A stretch of DNA of 63,984 nt, filler included, from Reclinomonas americana ATCC 50394 (Eukaryota), in assembly GCA_048213135.1 (NCBI GenBank). It is 10 parts of 7 records of this genome, joined end to end, with 100 filler letters (N's around TTAATTAATTAA, not from the genome) between each part and the next. Parts side by side here need not be neighbours in the genome. Positions count along the whole stretch, not along the records: positions 22,247 to 30,120 come from PS015689.1; positions 30,221 to 38,678 come from PS015689.1; positions 38,779 to 42,323 come from AFZH01014994.1; 7 more parts are not named here. One strand, written 5' to 3'. The notes under the pieces were generated by a model that saw only the letters and a program-made list of their open reading frames with translations, was not told the DNA's origin and made no database searches. Each line of letters starts with the position of its first letter. Position 1 is the stretch's first letter. The position numbers and the translations under genes were made by a program. Shown here in pieces: positions 24,564 to 41,900 of this stretch.

Positions 24564-27500
24564 ATGCGCACGCTCTTGTTGCTGCTGCTTGTGCTGCTCG
24601 CACTGTCCCTCTCCACGGGCATCAGCGCACAGTCCACTCACCACATTGCCTCTGTGCATTACAATGCCTCCACAAAGACGTGACTAGCACACACAAATTT
24701 CCCCCGACCTCGTGCTCTCACACTCACTCTCTCTCTCTCTCTCTCTCTCACATAACAGGTACTCTCTGGTGTGGGACTCGACGGACAGCGACGCTGCGGC
24801 CACTGGAAGTTCTCTCTCTTTTCTTGTGTGGTGATGTTGTGCACAAAGAATCAAGTGTCACTGACTCACACACATCAACAAACAGTCTATTATGATCGTA
24901 TTGGAACGACTGGATGGACCGAGTTGCATGTGGCCACTAACTTTGCGTTTCCGGACGCCGTGCAAGGTCTCTTTTTTGTATATTGATTGCTTGCTGCCTG
25001 TATTGTGTGTAATCATTCTCCGCGGCATGACTGCGCAGCGTACGCGGCGGGATACGTGGAGGGAGCGCTGACTGCGGAGTTTCGTCACTAGAGCCTCTCT
25101 CTTTGTCTATCTCTCATTCAATCTCTGGCGGCAGGCTGGTTCCCCTTGTCTGCTTGTCAGTCTTCTTTGCATTCTTCCTCTCGCTCTCTGCCTCCCTCAC
25201 TCGGTCACAACCATGGTCCGATTCCGCCATTTGCACTTCTCTTTCTTCCTCCTCTCAGTCTTCTTCCCACTCTCAGACTTCTCTGACCACTCGTCTCTAC
25301 TGTCTCCACACTCCTCTCTTCTTCCCCGTCGTTACAATCGTGACCGTCGTTTGCAGCTCGTTCTTCACCTCCTCGTGCCGCTCCCGTTCTCAATTTGCTC
25401 CCCTCGCCTGTCTCTATTCATTCACTCCCAACTCCTTCCCTTTACGATCAATCCCTCCGCTCGCGCCTGCTCTCCATTCCCACTCGCTGTCGTCGTCAAC
25501 TGCACTTCTCTGCCTTCCTCCCTCGCTCATGCCCTCCTCATCCCCTCGTTCTCCATCAGCCTGATTTACAACCACCACTTGAACCTCGTGGCCTCGGTGT
25601 ATCCGTTCAAGAACGGAGTCGTGCCGCCGGCCGCCGCCAAGTTCTTGGCGGATCAGGAGCAGTGGGCGGTGTCGCAGGCGGCCAAGTTTGGGGCGAGCAG
25701 CGATTATTGGTATCATGCGGGATTGGTGATGCAGCAGGCGTTTGGTCTGCGTGATGGATATGATGCGGTGCAGACGCCAGATAAGGTGGGTGGGGAATGG
25801 GGGAAAGGAGGGAAAGAGGGTAAGGAGGGGAAGGAGGGGAGAAGAGGGAAGAGGGATGTAGAGAGATGTGAGGTGGTNNNNNNNNNNNNNNNNNNNNNNN
25901 NNNNNNNNNNNNNNNNNNNNNNNNNNNNNNNNNNNNNNNNNNNNNNNNNNNNNNNNNNNNNNNNNNNNNNNNNNNNNNNNNNNNNNNNNNNNNNNNNNNN
26001 NNNNNNNNNNNNNNNNNNNNNNNNNNNNNNNNNNNNNNNNNNNNNNNNNNNNNNNNNNNNNNNNNNNNNNNNNNNNNNNNNNNNNNNNNNNNNNNNNNNN
26101 NNNNNNNNNNNNNNNNNNNNNNNNNNNNNNNNNNNNNNNNNNNNNNNNNNNNNNNNNNNNNNNNNNNNNNNNNNNNNNNNNNNNNNNNNNNNNNNNNNNN
26201 NNNNNNNNNNNNNNNNNNNNNNNNNNNNNNNNNNNNNNNNNNNNNNNNNNNNNNNNNNNNNNNNNNNNNNNNNNNNNNNNNNNNNNNNNNNNNNNNNNNN
26301 NNNNNNNNNNNNNNNNNNNNNNNNNNNNNNNNNNNNNNNNNNNNNNNNNNNNNNNNNNNNNNNNNNNNNNNNNNNNNNNNNNNNNNNNNNNNNNNNNNNN
26401 NNNNNNNNNNNNNNNNNNNNNNNNNNNNNNNNNNNNNNNNNNNNNNNNNNNNNNNNNNNNNNNNNNNNNNNNNNNNNNNNNNNNNNNNNNNNNNNNNNNN
26501 NNNNNNNNNNNNNNNNNNNNNNNNNNNNNNNNNNNNNNNNNNNNNNNNNNNNNNNNNNNNNNNNNNNNNNNNNNNNNNNNNNNNNNNNNNTTGCTTCTCT
26601 CTCGCTGTGCTCGCTTCTCTCTCGCTGTGCTCGCTTCTCTCTCGCTGTGCTCGTTCCTTCTCTCGTTGTGCTCGCTTCTCTCGCTGTGCTCGTTCCTTCT
26701 CTCGCTGTGCTCGTTCCTTCTCTCGCTGTGCTCGTTCCTTCTCTCGCTGTGCTTGATTCTCTCTCGCTGTGCTCGTTTCTTCTCTCGCTGTGCTCGTTCC
26801 TTCTCTCGCTGTGCTCGTTCCTTCTCTCGCTGTGCTCTGTCCTACCTCCCTTCTCTCTCCCTCACCCTCTCTTACCCTGTCTCCCTCTTTTCCTTCTCGC
26901 AGCGACTCACCATGGACCAGTACCGCTCGATCACGGGTCTGGCTGACTTGTTCGACATTCTGCCGGCGGTGGACCCCACCATGCGTCCCAAGTTGCGGCT
27001 CACCATTCCCACGCGCCATGATCTTTGCTTTGTTGACTCACCGCCGCACGCAGCTTCCACAAGATGGACGAGGACACTCTGCTGTCGTACATCAACCGCA
27101 ACTCGCACTGCTCGTCCTTGGTGCGCGTCACACCGGCACTCGATGAGCTGTTTGCCGGCCACGCCACCTGGTTTGATTATGCCACTATGTTGCGTCCCCA
27201 CCGCTGCCTGCTGTTCGCGGGAGAAGTCTCACATTCTTGCAGGAGCCGCGTGTACAAGCACTTTAACTTTGAGTTCCAGCACACGTCGTTTGCCAATCGT
27301 CGCACTTCATTTTCGTCATTCCCTGGTACGCATTCGTGTTGTTGGTGACATTATTTTTCCCTGCTTGCTGACTTGCGCGTTCTCGCCAGCCACCATCTCC
27401 TCCACCGACGACTATTACGTCAATCACGACACGAAGCTGGTGGTGATGGAGACGACGTTGAGTATGACGTCTTCCTTGTTGCGCACTAACAGAGTACCCA

Positions 27501-30500
27501 CTGACCGTGCGTCCGCGCAGCAACGACGTGTTCAACACGACCCTGTACCAGTACGTGGTGCCGCAGACGCTGCTCTCGTGGCAGCGTGCCGTGATCGCCA
27601 ATCGATTGTCGCACGGTGGCGCCGAGTGGACGCAGACGTTTGCGGAGAATAACAGCGGGACGTACAACTGCCAGTGTTGCGTGGGTTGGGGGGAAGGGGC
27701 GGGGAGAGATCTTTGAGGCAAGATGCAAAGAGAGAGGGTTAGTGGACGAGTGAAGTTGAGCAAAAGAGAGAGAGAAAGAGAGAAAGAAAGGAAGAAAGAA
27801 TGAAAGCCAGCAAGCAGAAAGAAGAAATGGAGCAAGAGAGAAAGGGCAAGAGAAAGAAAGAAAGAAAGAAAGTAAGAGAAAGAGAATGAGAAAGAGGAGA
27901 GAATGAGAGAACGAGAGAAAGAAAGAAGGAATACAGAAGGAAAGAGAAAGAAAGAGGTCGAACGGCAAGGGAGAAAGAAGGAATCAGAGATAAAAGAAAG
28001 AAACAGAGAGGGAGAGAAAGAACGAACGAAAGAAAGAAAGAAGGAAGGAAAGAAGTAAGGAAAGCAAGGGAGAAAGGATGAAAGAAAGAAAGAAAGAGAG
28101 GGAGAAAGGAAGAAAGAAAGGATGAGAGAAAGAGAGAAAGAAAGAAAGAAAGAAAGAAAGGGAGAAAGAAAGAAGAGAGAAAGGGAAGAGAAACAGAGAA
28201 AGAGGGACAAAGATGAGGGAGTTTCCTGATGATTTGAATTCTTATATTCTCTCTCTTTCTTACTCTCTCGTTGCCTCTCTCGCAGGGATCGTGGTCGACT
28301 ACTCCAAGTTCACCCCCGGCTCCGACCTGCAGCCCAACACTCTGTGGATTCTCGAGCAGATTCCCGGCTACGTGGAGTCGGCCGACAAGACGGATCAGCT
28401 GTACTTTGGTTACTGGTGCGATTGTCTCCCCTTCCATCGCTCTCTTTTCCCCCTTGCTGCTGCTGATCAACTTCTCTTGCCTGCGCAGGCCGTCGTACAA
28501 TGTTGCGTGCCGTCGATGACCTGATTGACAAGAGTGTATTGTCTCACAGCCGAATGTACAGGTGCCTTACTTCCCGCGCGTTTTCAACGAGAGCGGATAC
28601 CCCGAGTTTGTCAAGAAGGTGTGTGTGATTGGAGTATTCGCAGGCAACGATACCTTGCATTCAAACGTGGCTCTTGCGTACAGTACGGCGATCAATTTAC
28701 GTACGGCAACTGGTGAGTCGAATGGTGGCATCCACAGACGTGTTCAATGGCTCATGTCGTGGCGATTCCACAGCCCTCGTGCCAAGATCTTCCGCCAGCA
28801 GGCTGCCAGCGTGCAGGACACTGAATCGATGAAGGCGTTCATGCGGTTCGTTGACTGGCTGGCGCCTGGTTGACGCGAGCTGCTCATCGTTCTTGTTCTT
28901 GTTGCAGCTGGAACGAGTACGAGACCGACCCGATTTGCCAACACAACCCAGGTTTATTGTCGACGATTGTGTATTTCACACGTGCGTGTCAACTCATACG
29001 ATGTCACAGCTGCGGCTGTCGCCTCGCGCATTGATCTGCGCGCCAATGTCACCGACCGGTTCGCTGCTGGAGCCATTGACGCCAAGGTGAGACAGGCGGA
29101 GAAAAGCCACAAGAATGGATATTCGTTGTGTGCACAGTCTGTTGCTTTTGCATGATATGCGTCGCCTGTTGTTCTGCACATTGCGCTCCGCTTCTTGCTA
29201 TGCACGGTGTGCTCCGCCTGTTGCTCTTGCACGTTGTGCGTCACTTGTTGCTCTGCTCTGTCTTCGTCGCCCGTTGCTCTGCACTTTGTGCTCCGCCTGT
29301 TGCTCTGCACGTTGTGCGTCGCCTGCTGCTCTGCACGTTGTGCGTCGCCTGCTGCTCTGCACGTTGTGCGTCGCCTGCTGCTCTGCACGTTGTGCGTCGC
29401 CTGCTGCTCTGCACGTTGTGCGTCGGCTGTTGCTCTGCACGTTGTGCGTCGCCTGTTGCTCTGTCCGTTGTGCGTCGCCTGTTGCTCTGCACGGCGTGCT
29501 CCGCCTGTTGCTCTGCGCGGCGTACTCCGCCTGTTGCTCTGCGCGGCGTGCTCCGCCTGTTGCTCTGCACGGCGTGCTCCGCCTGTTGCTCTGCACGGCG
29601 TGCTCCGCCTGTTGCTCTGCACTTTGTGCTCCGCTTGTTGCTCTGCACTTCGCTTGTTGCTCTGGCACGGTGTACACCGCTTGTTGCTCTGGCACGGTGT
29701 ACACCGCTTGTTGCTCTGCACGGTGTACTCCGCCTGTTGCTCTGGCACGGTGTACGTCACTTGTTGCTCTGCTCTGTCTTCGTCACCTGTTGCTCTGCAC
29801 GGTGTGCTCCACTTGTTGCTCTGCACGTTGTGCGTCGCCTGCACGTTGTGTGTCGCCGGTTGCTCTGCACGGCGTGCATCACCTGCTGCTCTGCACGGCA
29901 TGTTCCGCTTGTTGCTCTGCACGGCGTGCTCCGCTTGTTGCTCTGCACGGCGTGCTTCGCTTGTTGCTCTGTCTTCGTCGCCCGTTGCTCTGCACTTTGT
30001 GCTCCGCTTGTTGCTCTGCACAACGTGCTCCGCTTGTTGCTCTGCACGTTGTGTGTCGCCCGCTGCTCTGCACTTTGTGCTCCGCTTGTTGCTCTGCACG
30101 TTGTGTGTCGCCTGTTGCTTNNNNNNNNNNNNNNNNNNNNNNNNNNNNNNNNNNNNNNNNNNNNTTAATTAATTAANNNNNNNNNNNNNNNNNNNNNNNN
30201 NNNNNNNNNNNNNNNNNNNNCGCGGCGTGCTCCGCTTGTTGCTCTGCACGGCGTGCTCCGCTTGTTGCTCTGGCACGGTGTGCTCCGCTTGTTGCTCTGC
30301 ACTTTGCTTGTTGCTCTGCACGGCGTGCTCCGCTTGTTGCTCTGCACGATGTGCATCGCCTGTTGCTCTGCACATTGTGCATCGCCGTAGCTCCACCTGT
30401 CCCTTTGCTTTTTCTCTCTTGTATCTGCTTGCGCTCACCCAGCGTGCTCTCGCGCAGTTCACAAGCATGGCCGCGATCAAGTTTGGCGCCAGTCACGCCG

Positions 30501-30772
30501 TTGCTGGTGCGTTTCGTCAGCAGCGTCCCTTAAAATCTCACCGCGGCCACTCACACTGTGCACTTGCGCGCGCGCGCCATGTTGCAGGACCGACGACGCA
30601 AAACCAGCCGCCGTTCTCCTTTTCTGGCGATTTCAGCTCTGTGGGCCACTCCGGTCTGCCGGTGACGTGGAATTTTGACTGGCAGGTGTTCCAGCCGTCG
30701 CAGGTGCGCCCTCGTCGCACCACCACCTCGACTCTCTTGTCGCAGCAGGTGGAGGAGGACGAGCAAAAATAG
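24564..30772 (+). CDS. Phospholipase B-like protein (PLBD family, Ntn-hydrolase), ~16 exons
   Basis: Signal peptide MRTLLLLLLVLLALSLSTG; GWTELHV; AYAAGYVEGALT; SHCSSLVRV (Ntn nucleophile Cys); GHATW; ISSTDDYY; VMETTN; NSGTYNCQW; EQIPG; GYWPSYNVPYF; PRAKIF; GAIDAK; GPTTQNQPPFSF; HSGLPVTWNFDW. Confidence 0.93.
26591..26836. repeat. Intronic ~19-21 nt minisatellite CTCGCTGTGCTCGTTCCTTCT
   Basis: About 12 visible copies next to an N gap. Confidence 0.9.
29160..30372. repeat. Intronic ~26 nt minisatellite CTCTGCACGGCGTGCTCCGCCTGTTG
   Basis: Dozens of copies on both sides of the linker at 30121-30220, inside the PLBD intron after GAIDAK. Confidence 0.93.
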
Positions 30773-30824
30773 GGTGCATCAAATTTACCACCTTCGCTCG
30801 CTCGCTCTCTCTCCTGTGAACGTT

Positions 30825-31709
30825 TCACTTGGGCGTGGCATGCGCTCGCGCCGGGCTGCGCGAGTCGAAGAACGCCAGCGCCCACACGACCACGAGGGCC
30901 AGCACAGCGGCGTAGCGGCCCATTTCGCCACCGCATGGCACGTAGCCGAGCAAAATCGCACTGGCCACCGTCGCCAGTGCCAGCGGCCAGGTGACGAAGA
31001 ATCCAAACATGCCGTGCGCCTTGAACAGCTCGGCGCTGCTCGATGAATGAGTGCCGTGCTGCACCGACAACAACGAAGAAAAAGAGAAACACTCACCGCG
31101 GCGTCGGCAGCGTCGCGTTGAAGCGCCACGCGGGGTACTGCACGGCCATGCCAAAGTAGAACTCGCTGGCCGCCAACAGGAGGACGGCCACACCGAACCA
31201 GCTGTGCCAGGTGGTGAAGTGGTTGCGGCCGTTGATGGACTTGTTGAAGAAGATGGCACCAAAGCCGAGAATGCCGCACACCAGACCGACGGTTTGCAGC
31301 AGCTGGTGCAGGCGCATGCGCGGCATGTCGAGCTGCGGAACGAGTCGAGCGGGCGAGTAGCTGCGCGAGAAGGCCAAGATGGCCTCGCTCATGCAAATGA
31401 GGAACTGACAAGAGACAAGGGAGAGACAGGTGAGGGATTGACGAATGATACAACAGGCACAGCGGCGACGACACACCGAAATGCTGCGCGGCGGAGTGAG
31501 TAAGAGAAGCGAGAGTGAGTGAGGGTACGCATGGACGTGTCGCTTACCTCATGAGCAGCGGGTGGAACGGGTAGAGGGCGACGGGGACGCCAGACTGCAG
31601 CACAATCACCACCGAGACGAGCACGAGGAGGAGGTGCGGGAGGATGGTGAGGGGGCCGGTGGGCGCGGCATTGGAGGAGGAGGAGGAGGAGGGGGTGGCC
31701 TCGGGGTTC
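30825..31709 (-). CDS. Cytochrome b561 domain protein (CYB561D-like transmembrane reductase); first exon not located
   Basis: FHPLLM-SIS-FLICMSEAIL; RMRLHQLLQ; NKSINGRNHFTTWHSWFG; LFKAHGMFG (four heme-ligand His). Exons ~31709-31548, 31483-31477, ~31405-31097, ~31040-30825 (TGA). Confidence 0.88.
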
Positions 31710-31749
31710 TGGAGATAGGGGGGAAGGGAGGTGAGAGAGGGACAGAGAG

Positions 31750-32810
31750 GGGACACGCAGGAGAAAAAGGGAGAAGAGAGAGGTGAAAGAGGAGATCTGA
31801 AGGAAGGAGAGGGAGAGGGAGACATCCTGAAGAGCTGGGTGAGAGGCAGGTGAGTCAGTGAGAAGCAAGGCAAAGGAGAGGTGAGAGAAAGCCACTGGAA
31901 ACAGTGAAGAAGAAGGAAGGGGAGAAGAGAGGGGAAGGAGAGCAGAGTGAGAGACAGGTGAGGCAGTGAGAAGGAAGGCAATGGGGGGTGAGGGAAAACA
32001 ACTGGAAACAGGGAAGAAGAGGAGGAAGGGGGTGAAGAGAGAGGAAGGAGAGCTGAGTGAGAGACAGGTGAGACAGCGAGGCACAAGGTAATGGGGGGTG
32101 AGGAGAAGGGATGTGAGGAACAGAGGAGATGAAAAACAAGAGGAGAAGAGTGAGAGAAAGAGGGAGAAGAGAGAAAGAGGGAGAAGAGAGAAAAAGGAAC
32201 AATAAGCGAGAGACAGGTGAGGGCGTGAGAAGGAAGGCACATGAGAGGTGAGGGAAAACAACTGGAGACAGAAAAAAGAGGAGGAAGGGGAGAAGAGAGG
32301 GGAAGGAGAGCTGAGTCAGGGACAGGTGAGACACAAGGCCATGGGTCTGGATACAGAGAAGAAGAGGAGAATGGATGCGAGAAACAGAGGAGAAGAGTGA
32401 GAGAAAGAGGGAGAAGAGAGAAAAAGGAACAATAAGCGAGAGACAGGTGAGGGAGTGAGAAGGAAAGTAAAGGAGAGGTGAGAGAAAGTGGAATCAGAGA
32501 AGACGAGGAGGAAGGGGAGAAGAGAGACAGGTGAGTCAAGGTGAGAAGAAAGGCAAAGGAGAGGTGAGGGAATGGGGGCTCTTGAGACAGAGGAGAAGGG
32601 AAGTGAGAAACAGAGGAGATGAAAGACAAGAGGAGAAGAGAAAGAGAAAAAAGGAAAGAGGGAGAGAAGAAAAAGGGAACAGAGACAGGTGAGAAGGCGA
32701 GCAAAGGAGCAACTGGAAACAGAGGAGAAGAGGAGGAAGGGGAGAAGAGAGGGGAAGGAGAGATGAGTGAGAGACAGGTGAGTCAAGGTGAGAAGAGGGA
32801 AAGACAAGGA
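31750..32810. repeat. Degenerate purine-rich tandem repeats in an intron of the cytochrome b561 gene
   Basis: Recurring GAGACAGGTGAG, GGAAGGGGAGAAGAGAGGGGAAGGAGAG and CAACTGGAAACAG blocks. Confidence 0.75.
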
Positions 32811-33119
32811 GAACAAAGTCATGCATATTTGTCGGGAAAATGACACACATCTCATGTCTCTATGATTGAGTGCAACACACACTCTCTCACACTCTCACTC
32901 TCTCACTCGCACACACGAAACGCAACTTCCGTCTTCTTCACTGCACACAAACAACACAATCTCACACTTGTCAGTTTGCAAGTCAAAGAGAGAGAGAGAG
33001 CGGAAAAAGCGCATTGAGTGTGCACAGTGTTGTGTGTGTGTGTGAGAGAGAGAGAGAAAGTGAGAGGAGAGAGAAGAAAAAATACTGACAATGATCCAGC
33101 GGAAACAGTGACAGAAAGA

Positions 33120-33189
<70 letters not shown>

Positions 33190-33544
33190 CGCACTTCTTT
33201 CTTCCGGGTTGCGCGCGAAAAACTAGGTGACGTCATGATTGCGCGCGGGACATGTGTGTGTTTTCGGAGTGTTGCATGCTGAAGCGCACCTGGCCTTGTA
33301 AAGAAGAAGTACTCACAGATGAGTGCCTTTGACTTTCTTGTGCAGAGACTGCGGCATCTGCTTTACACTGCAATTGTCGATAAATTTTCCGAACACGAGT
33401 CGGAAAGCTTGTGTTTCTCCGTGCTGCTCTCGCCCGCGCGCATGCGTATGACGAACTAAGAGAGCTACACACTGCTGCCTTTGTTTGAGGTCAACCACAG
33501 ACACACCAGCAAGAGGCGTTTCGATTTTTTCGCTCTCTCGACGT

Positions 33545-33935
33545 CGACGTCGCGAGGTCTCAGTTTCTGCGTGCTCACTCAGGATGGCTATCACCATACT
33601 GCTGTGTCGCTACCTGAATTAGCAAAGTCGTTGATGCTTGTTACTGTTGTCTGGCTTCTCTGCAAAAACCTCAGGCTCGACATTAAATTTCGACTTTTGC
33701 TCGTGTGTCTGTGAGGGTCTCAGTTTCTGCGTGCTCACGCAGGATAGTGATCGCAATGCAGCTGTGTCGCTGTTCGAATTAGCACAGTTGTTGCTGTTGC
33801 CTGGTTTCTCTGCAAAAACGCCAGGGTTAGATTTTCCGACCTGCTCGTAATATGAGAGTCTCTGTTTCTCATGCTCACTCAGGATAGTGATCGCAATGCA
33901 GCTGCGTCGCTGTTCGAATGAGCAAAGTTGCTTTT
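33545..33935. repeat. Three ~150-160 bp degenerate direct repeats upstream of the M28 gene
   Basis: GTCTCAGTTTCTGCGTGCTCAC.CAGGAT...GCTGTGTCGCT...GAATTAGCA.AGT at ~33557, ~33717 and ~33858. Confidence 0.8.
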
Positions 33936-34197
33936 CTTTGTTGCCGTGAGACTTGTATATATTGGCACGAATATCGAAATTGAAGTTTCTTGTTTAGTGT
34001 CCGCCTGCGTTGCCAGTTCGCCTCTTCTCCCCCGCTGCTCTGCCTTGCTAATGTACGTAATGCATATCAGTTCGCCTCTGAGCGCCACACTCACAAAACA
34101 CAGACAGAAGGCGATCGAACACGCATGAATCGCGAAATTGCATTATGTTTCTTTAGTGTGTGTCTCTCTCTGCGTGAGTGTGAGTGAGAGTGAGAGG

Positions 34198-38374
<4,177 letters not shown>

Positions 38375-38870
38375 GTGCGTCATTCTCGTTCCAGCAAGCC
38401 ACAATATCTCGCTCATATCACTCTTTTTATCCTTCCTCTCCCTCTTCCTTCTTAACCTATCTTCTTCCGTTTTCACTTTCCATGCTCTATTGTCCGTTTT
38501 CCCTTTCTCTCACTGTCTCTCTCTGCCTCCGTCTTCCTCTCCCCCTCTGTAATCCTCCACCTGTCCTCTCTCTTTCATGTTCCCTCTCTTTCTCTTCTTA
38601 TCCTCTTGCTCCCTCTGCTCCTTCCTTCCTATTTTCTGTCTCTCTCCCACTCCCTGCCACTCTCCCCCTTCCCCTTCCNNNNNNNNNNNNNNNNNNNNNN
38701 NNNNNNNNNNNNNNNNNNNNNNTTAATTAATTAANNNNNNNNNNNNNNNNNNNNNNNNNNNNNNNNNNNNNNNNNNNNAACAACGACGTAGCGACACGAC
38801 ACTACTAACTAACTACACTACACTACTACTCTCTCTCTCGTCTCTACTCTACCTCACACTCACACTACTA

Positions 38871-38965
<95 letters not shown>

Positions 38966-38979
38966 TCCCCTACCCACAT

Positions 38980-41900
38980 ACCATAGATGATCATGAACTG
39001 CTTGGTGTACGTCAGCGCCCCGTCGCTCACTTGCACGAACACTTGCAGTCGCCGACTCAGTGGCGGAGCCACCGACAGCGTCAGTTGATTGCCGCCCACG
39101 ACGCTGAATATTGCTGCATGCACGCCGCCGACAATGCTGAATGTCGGCGTCTGTCCCGTGTTGAGATCCACCATGCTCAGTGTGCCCACGGTGAACGGAA
39201 CCGTCGCACTCGAGTACGTCTGCGGACCCGACAGCAGAATGTCGCTCGGACCCACACTCCCTGCACATACACAGTTCAGCTCTCTTTTCTCGGTCTTCTC
39301 CCTCTCTCTCGTCTCCCTGTTCCTCTTTATCTCCCTTCTCTTTTCTCTCTCCATCTCCCTTCTCCCTTCTCTCTTCCCTCTGCCCTCACCCTCTGCCCTC
39401 TCTCTTCCTTTCCCTGCTTCTCCCTTTCCCCTCTCCCTTCCCCTCAGTCTCACCAATCGCGAATGCCGACACCGTCACATATCCCTTGGCTGGTGTCCAT
39501 CGTGTGCACAGTTCGTACGTGTCAACCGCAGCACCCGCCGCCCCAATCGTCAGCGTGATGCTGGTCGCGCTGCCGAATGCACTGCTGACGCTGGTGCTGG
39601 CCACGGCCGTCGGCGGTGCTGTGGCGCCACAGAGAGGAGTGCCAAGCACATATGCCGACGCATCAGCCGAGTTGTTGAGCAGCGCAGTTCCCGTCAGTGT
39701 AATCAACTGGCCAGCCAGTGCCGACACGAAGGTGGCCGACAGCGATGTCACAGTGGGTGCTGCATGCGAGGCAATCAGCACCATCGTGAAACAATAACAA
39801 CACACAATCAGTGCAGAACGCAACCAGCAATGTTGAGGGTCTGATCGAACGACATGGCAGGATTGCCATTGTCGGTCGTGCGCACAATCACCACCAACGA
39901 TGCCGTCACTCCCGCACTCGCAAACTGCAGCTGATTGCCAGACACAATCGTCACCAATGCGCTGCTGGCACCACCAACCACCGAATACGCGAACGACTGC
40001 TGCGAGTCCACATCACTCGTGCTCATTGTGGCGATTGCCAGTCCCGCCGTGCTTGGTGGAATGTATGAGCTCGCGCTCAGTGTCACCGCCGTCGGTGCAT
40101 TGTTCACTGCGAGGAAACAAGGTCAGAATTCACACCAGGAAAAACAACACTCAGAATCAACCCTACGCTCACCCGACATCACACTGAACGATTTGTCGAA
40201 AAACATCGGCGGCGTGCCATTGTCGAACGAGCGAATCATGACTGCCAGCGGACTTCCCGACTGTCCCGCCGCTGTAATCTGCAGCTGTGCGCCAGCGCTT
40301 ACCGAAAACGCAGCGCCGTTGGCTCCTCCACTGACCGCGTACGTGAAGGACTGGCCACCGTCACTGTCTGTCGTGCTCATCGTGCACAGTGGGACGCTAG
40401 CAGTCGACGGCGCGACATACGTGGTCGTTCCAGTGCACGCAATGTCGGTCGGTGCCGAGTTCGAAGAGGCAACGGGTGTGAAAGACATGGTGGAGCCGGT
40501 AAGCGTGCTGGGCACGGTGGAGGTGGAGAGGGCACGGAAGTAGTAAGTCCAATTGGTGGCGAGTGATGTCACCGACGCGGTGAGAGTGGTGCTGGAGGCG
40601 ACGCCCGAGGTGGCCGGGGTGGCCGTGATGGTGGAGGAGCCAATGGTGAGTCGGCGAATGGTATGGTTGCCGTAGTCTGAAGACAGAGGTGAGGACAAGG
40701 AGACAGGGAATGCGCAAAAAACAATAGACATTTCGCACCTCCAATGTACAAAGTGGACGAAGCGGCATGAAAGGCCATGTAATGCTGCGGTTAGAGGTGA
40801 GCGCCCAAGTTGTAAAGAATCTCTGCAGTTCAGACGAGGGCAAACCGGATTACTGAATCGAGCGGTTGTGGGTGAACTCCCGTCTGTTGTGCCTGCAGCG
40901 CCCGCAGCGCCGGCAATGGTGGTGACGGCGCCCGTGCTGATGACGATTCGGCGAATGGTGTGGTTGTACCTCTGTAGTGTTGACAAAAAAAGATAAGCAG
41001 ATGCAATTCTCAAACAAAACAAGAAAGCACGCAACATCGGCGACATAAAGAACGCCTCGTCCCCGATCCAACTGGATGCCAATAGGCCCACTGAAGCGAG
41101 CGGCAGTGCCCGTGGAATCTGTCGATCCTGATGATGCTGCGAGAGAGCCCGCGAAAGTCGACACAGTCATCGCCAGCATGTCGATCACACGAATGTTGTT
41201 GCGATCGCGATCAACTGCTCCAGCTGTCAGAATATTCCCCTCGCCATAATGAACACCGCACACGATCACACACACCGACATAAAGACGATTTGTAGTCGT
41301 GTCCAGCGCCATGCCATTCGGTCCACCAAACTGTGCCGTGGCACATGCTCCGTCAACGGTACCTGACGACCCAATCGTACCGCAGTACGTGGTGACCTCG
41401 CCGCCAAACGTGACCTGGATGGTGGGATTGCACGATCTGAGTTCACATGAGCAGCACTTGCGGTCACAGATGCTCACACGCACCTTCCTGACAGCATTGT
41501 TCAGCCAGTCACTAACATACGCTGCTTTGTTCGACGGATCGACCACAATTGCCTGTGGATTGGTGAACCTCGCATTCGATCCGGTGCCATTCGCTGTGCC
41601 AGATGATCCATTACCAGCCAGCGTTGACACTGATCCAGAAGGAGTGCTTACACGAATTGCATGCATTCCTTGCTGAAGAGTACAGAAATATAAGACAGAG
41701 CATCGGTTACCGTACGCTCACTCAACATGCAGTGCAACCACGCAACATCAGCAATGTACATGTACCCAGTACTCAGGTCGATCGAAATGTCGGTGGGCCC
41801 GCCAAATCGCGCGGCTGCGCCGATTCCGTCGACCAAGGCAAACGCTCCGGCAGTTCCCAGGAATGTCGTTGTCACACCTGCACTTGTCACTCGTCGAATC

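Noticed and set aside
29160..30372. CRISPR-like appearance of regular short repeats (also 1610-1975 and 26591-26836)
   Set aside because: Units are head-to-tail without unique spacers, there are no cas genes, and the context is a eukaryotic intron.
28954..30496. Several long Cys/Ala-rich ORFs on both strands
   Set aside because: They are translations of the 26-nt intronic minisatellite, which lacks stops in most frames; the region lies between two in-frame PLBD exons.
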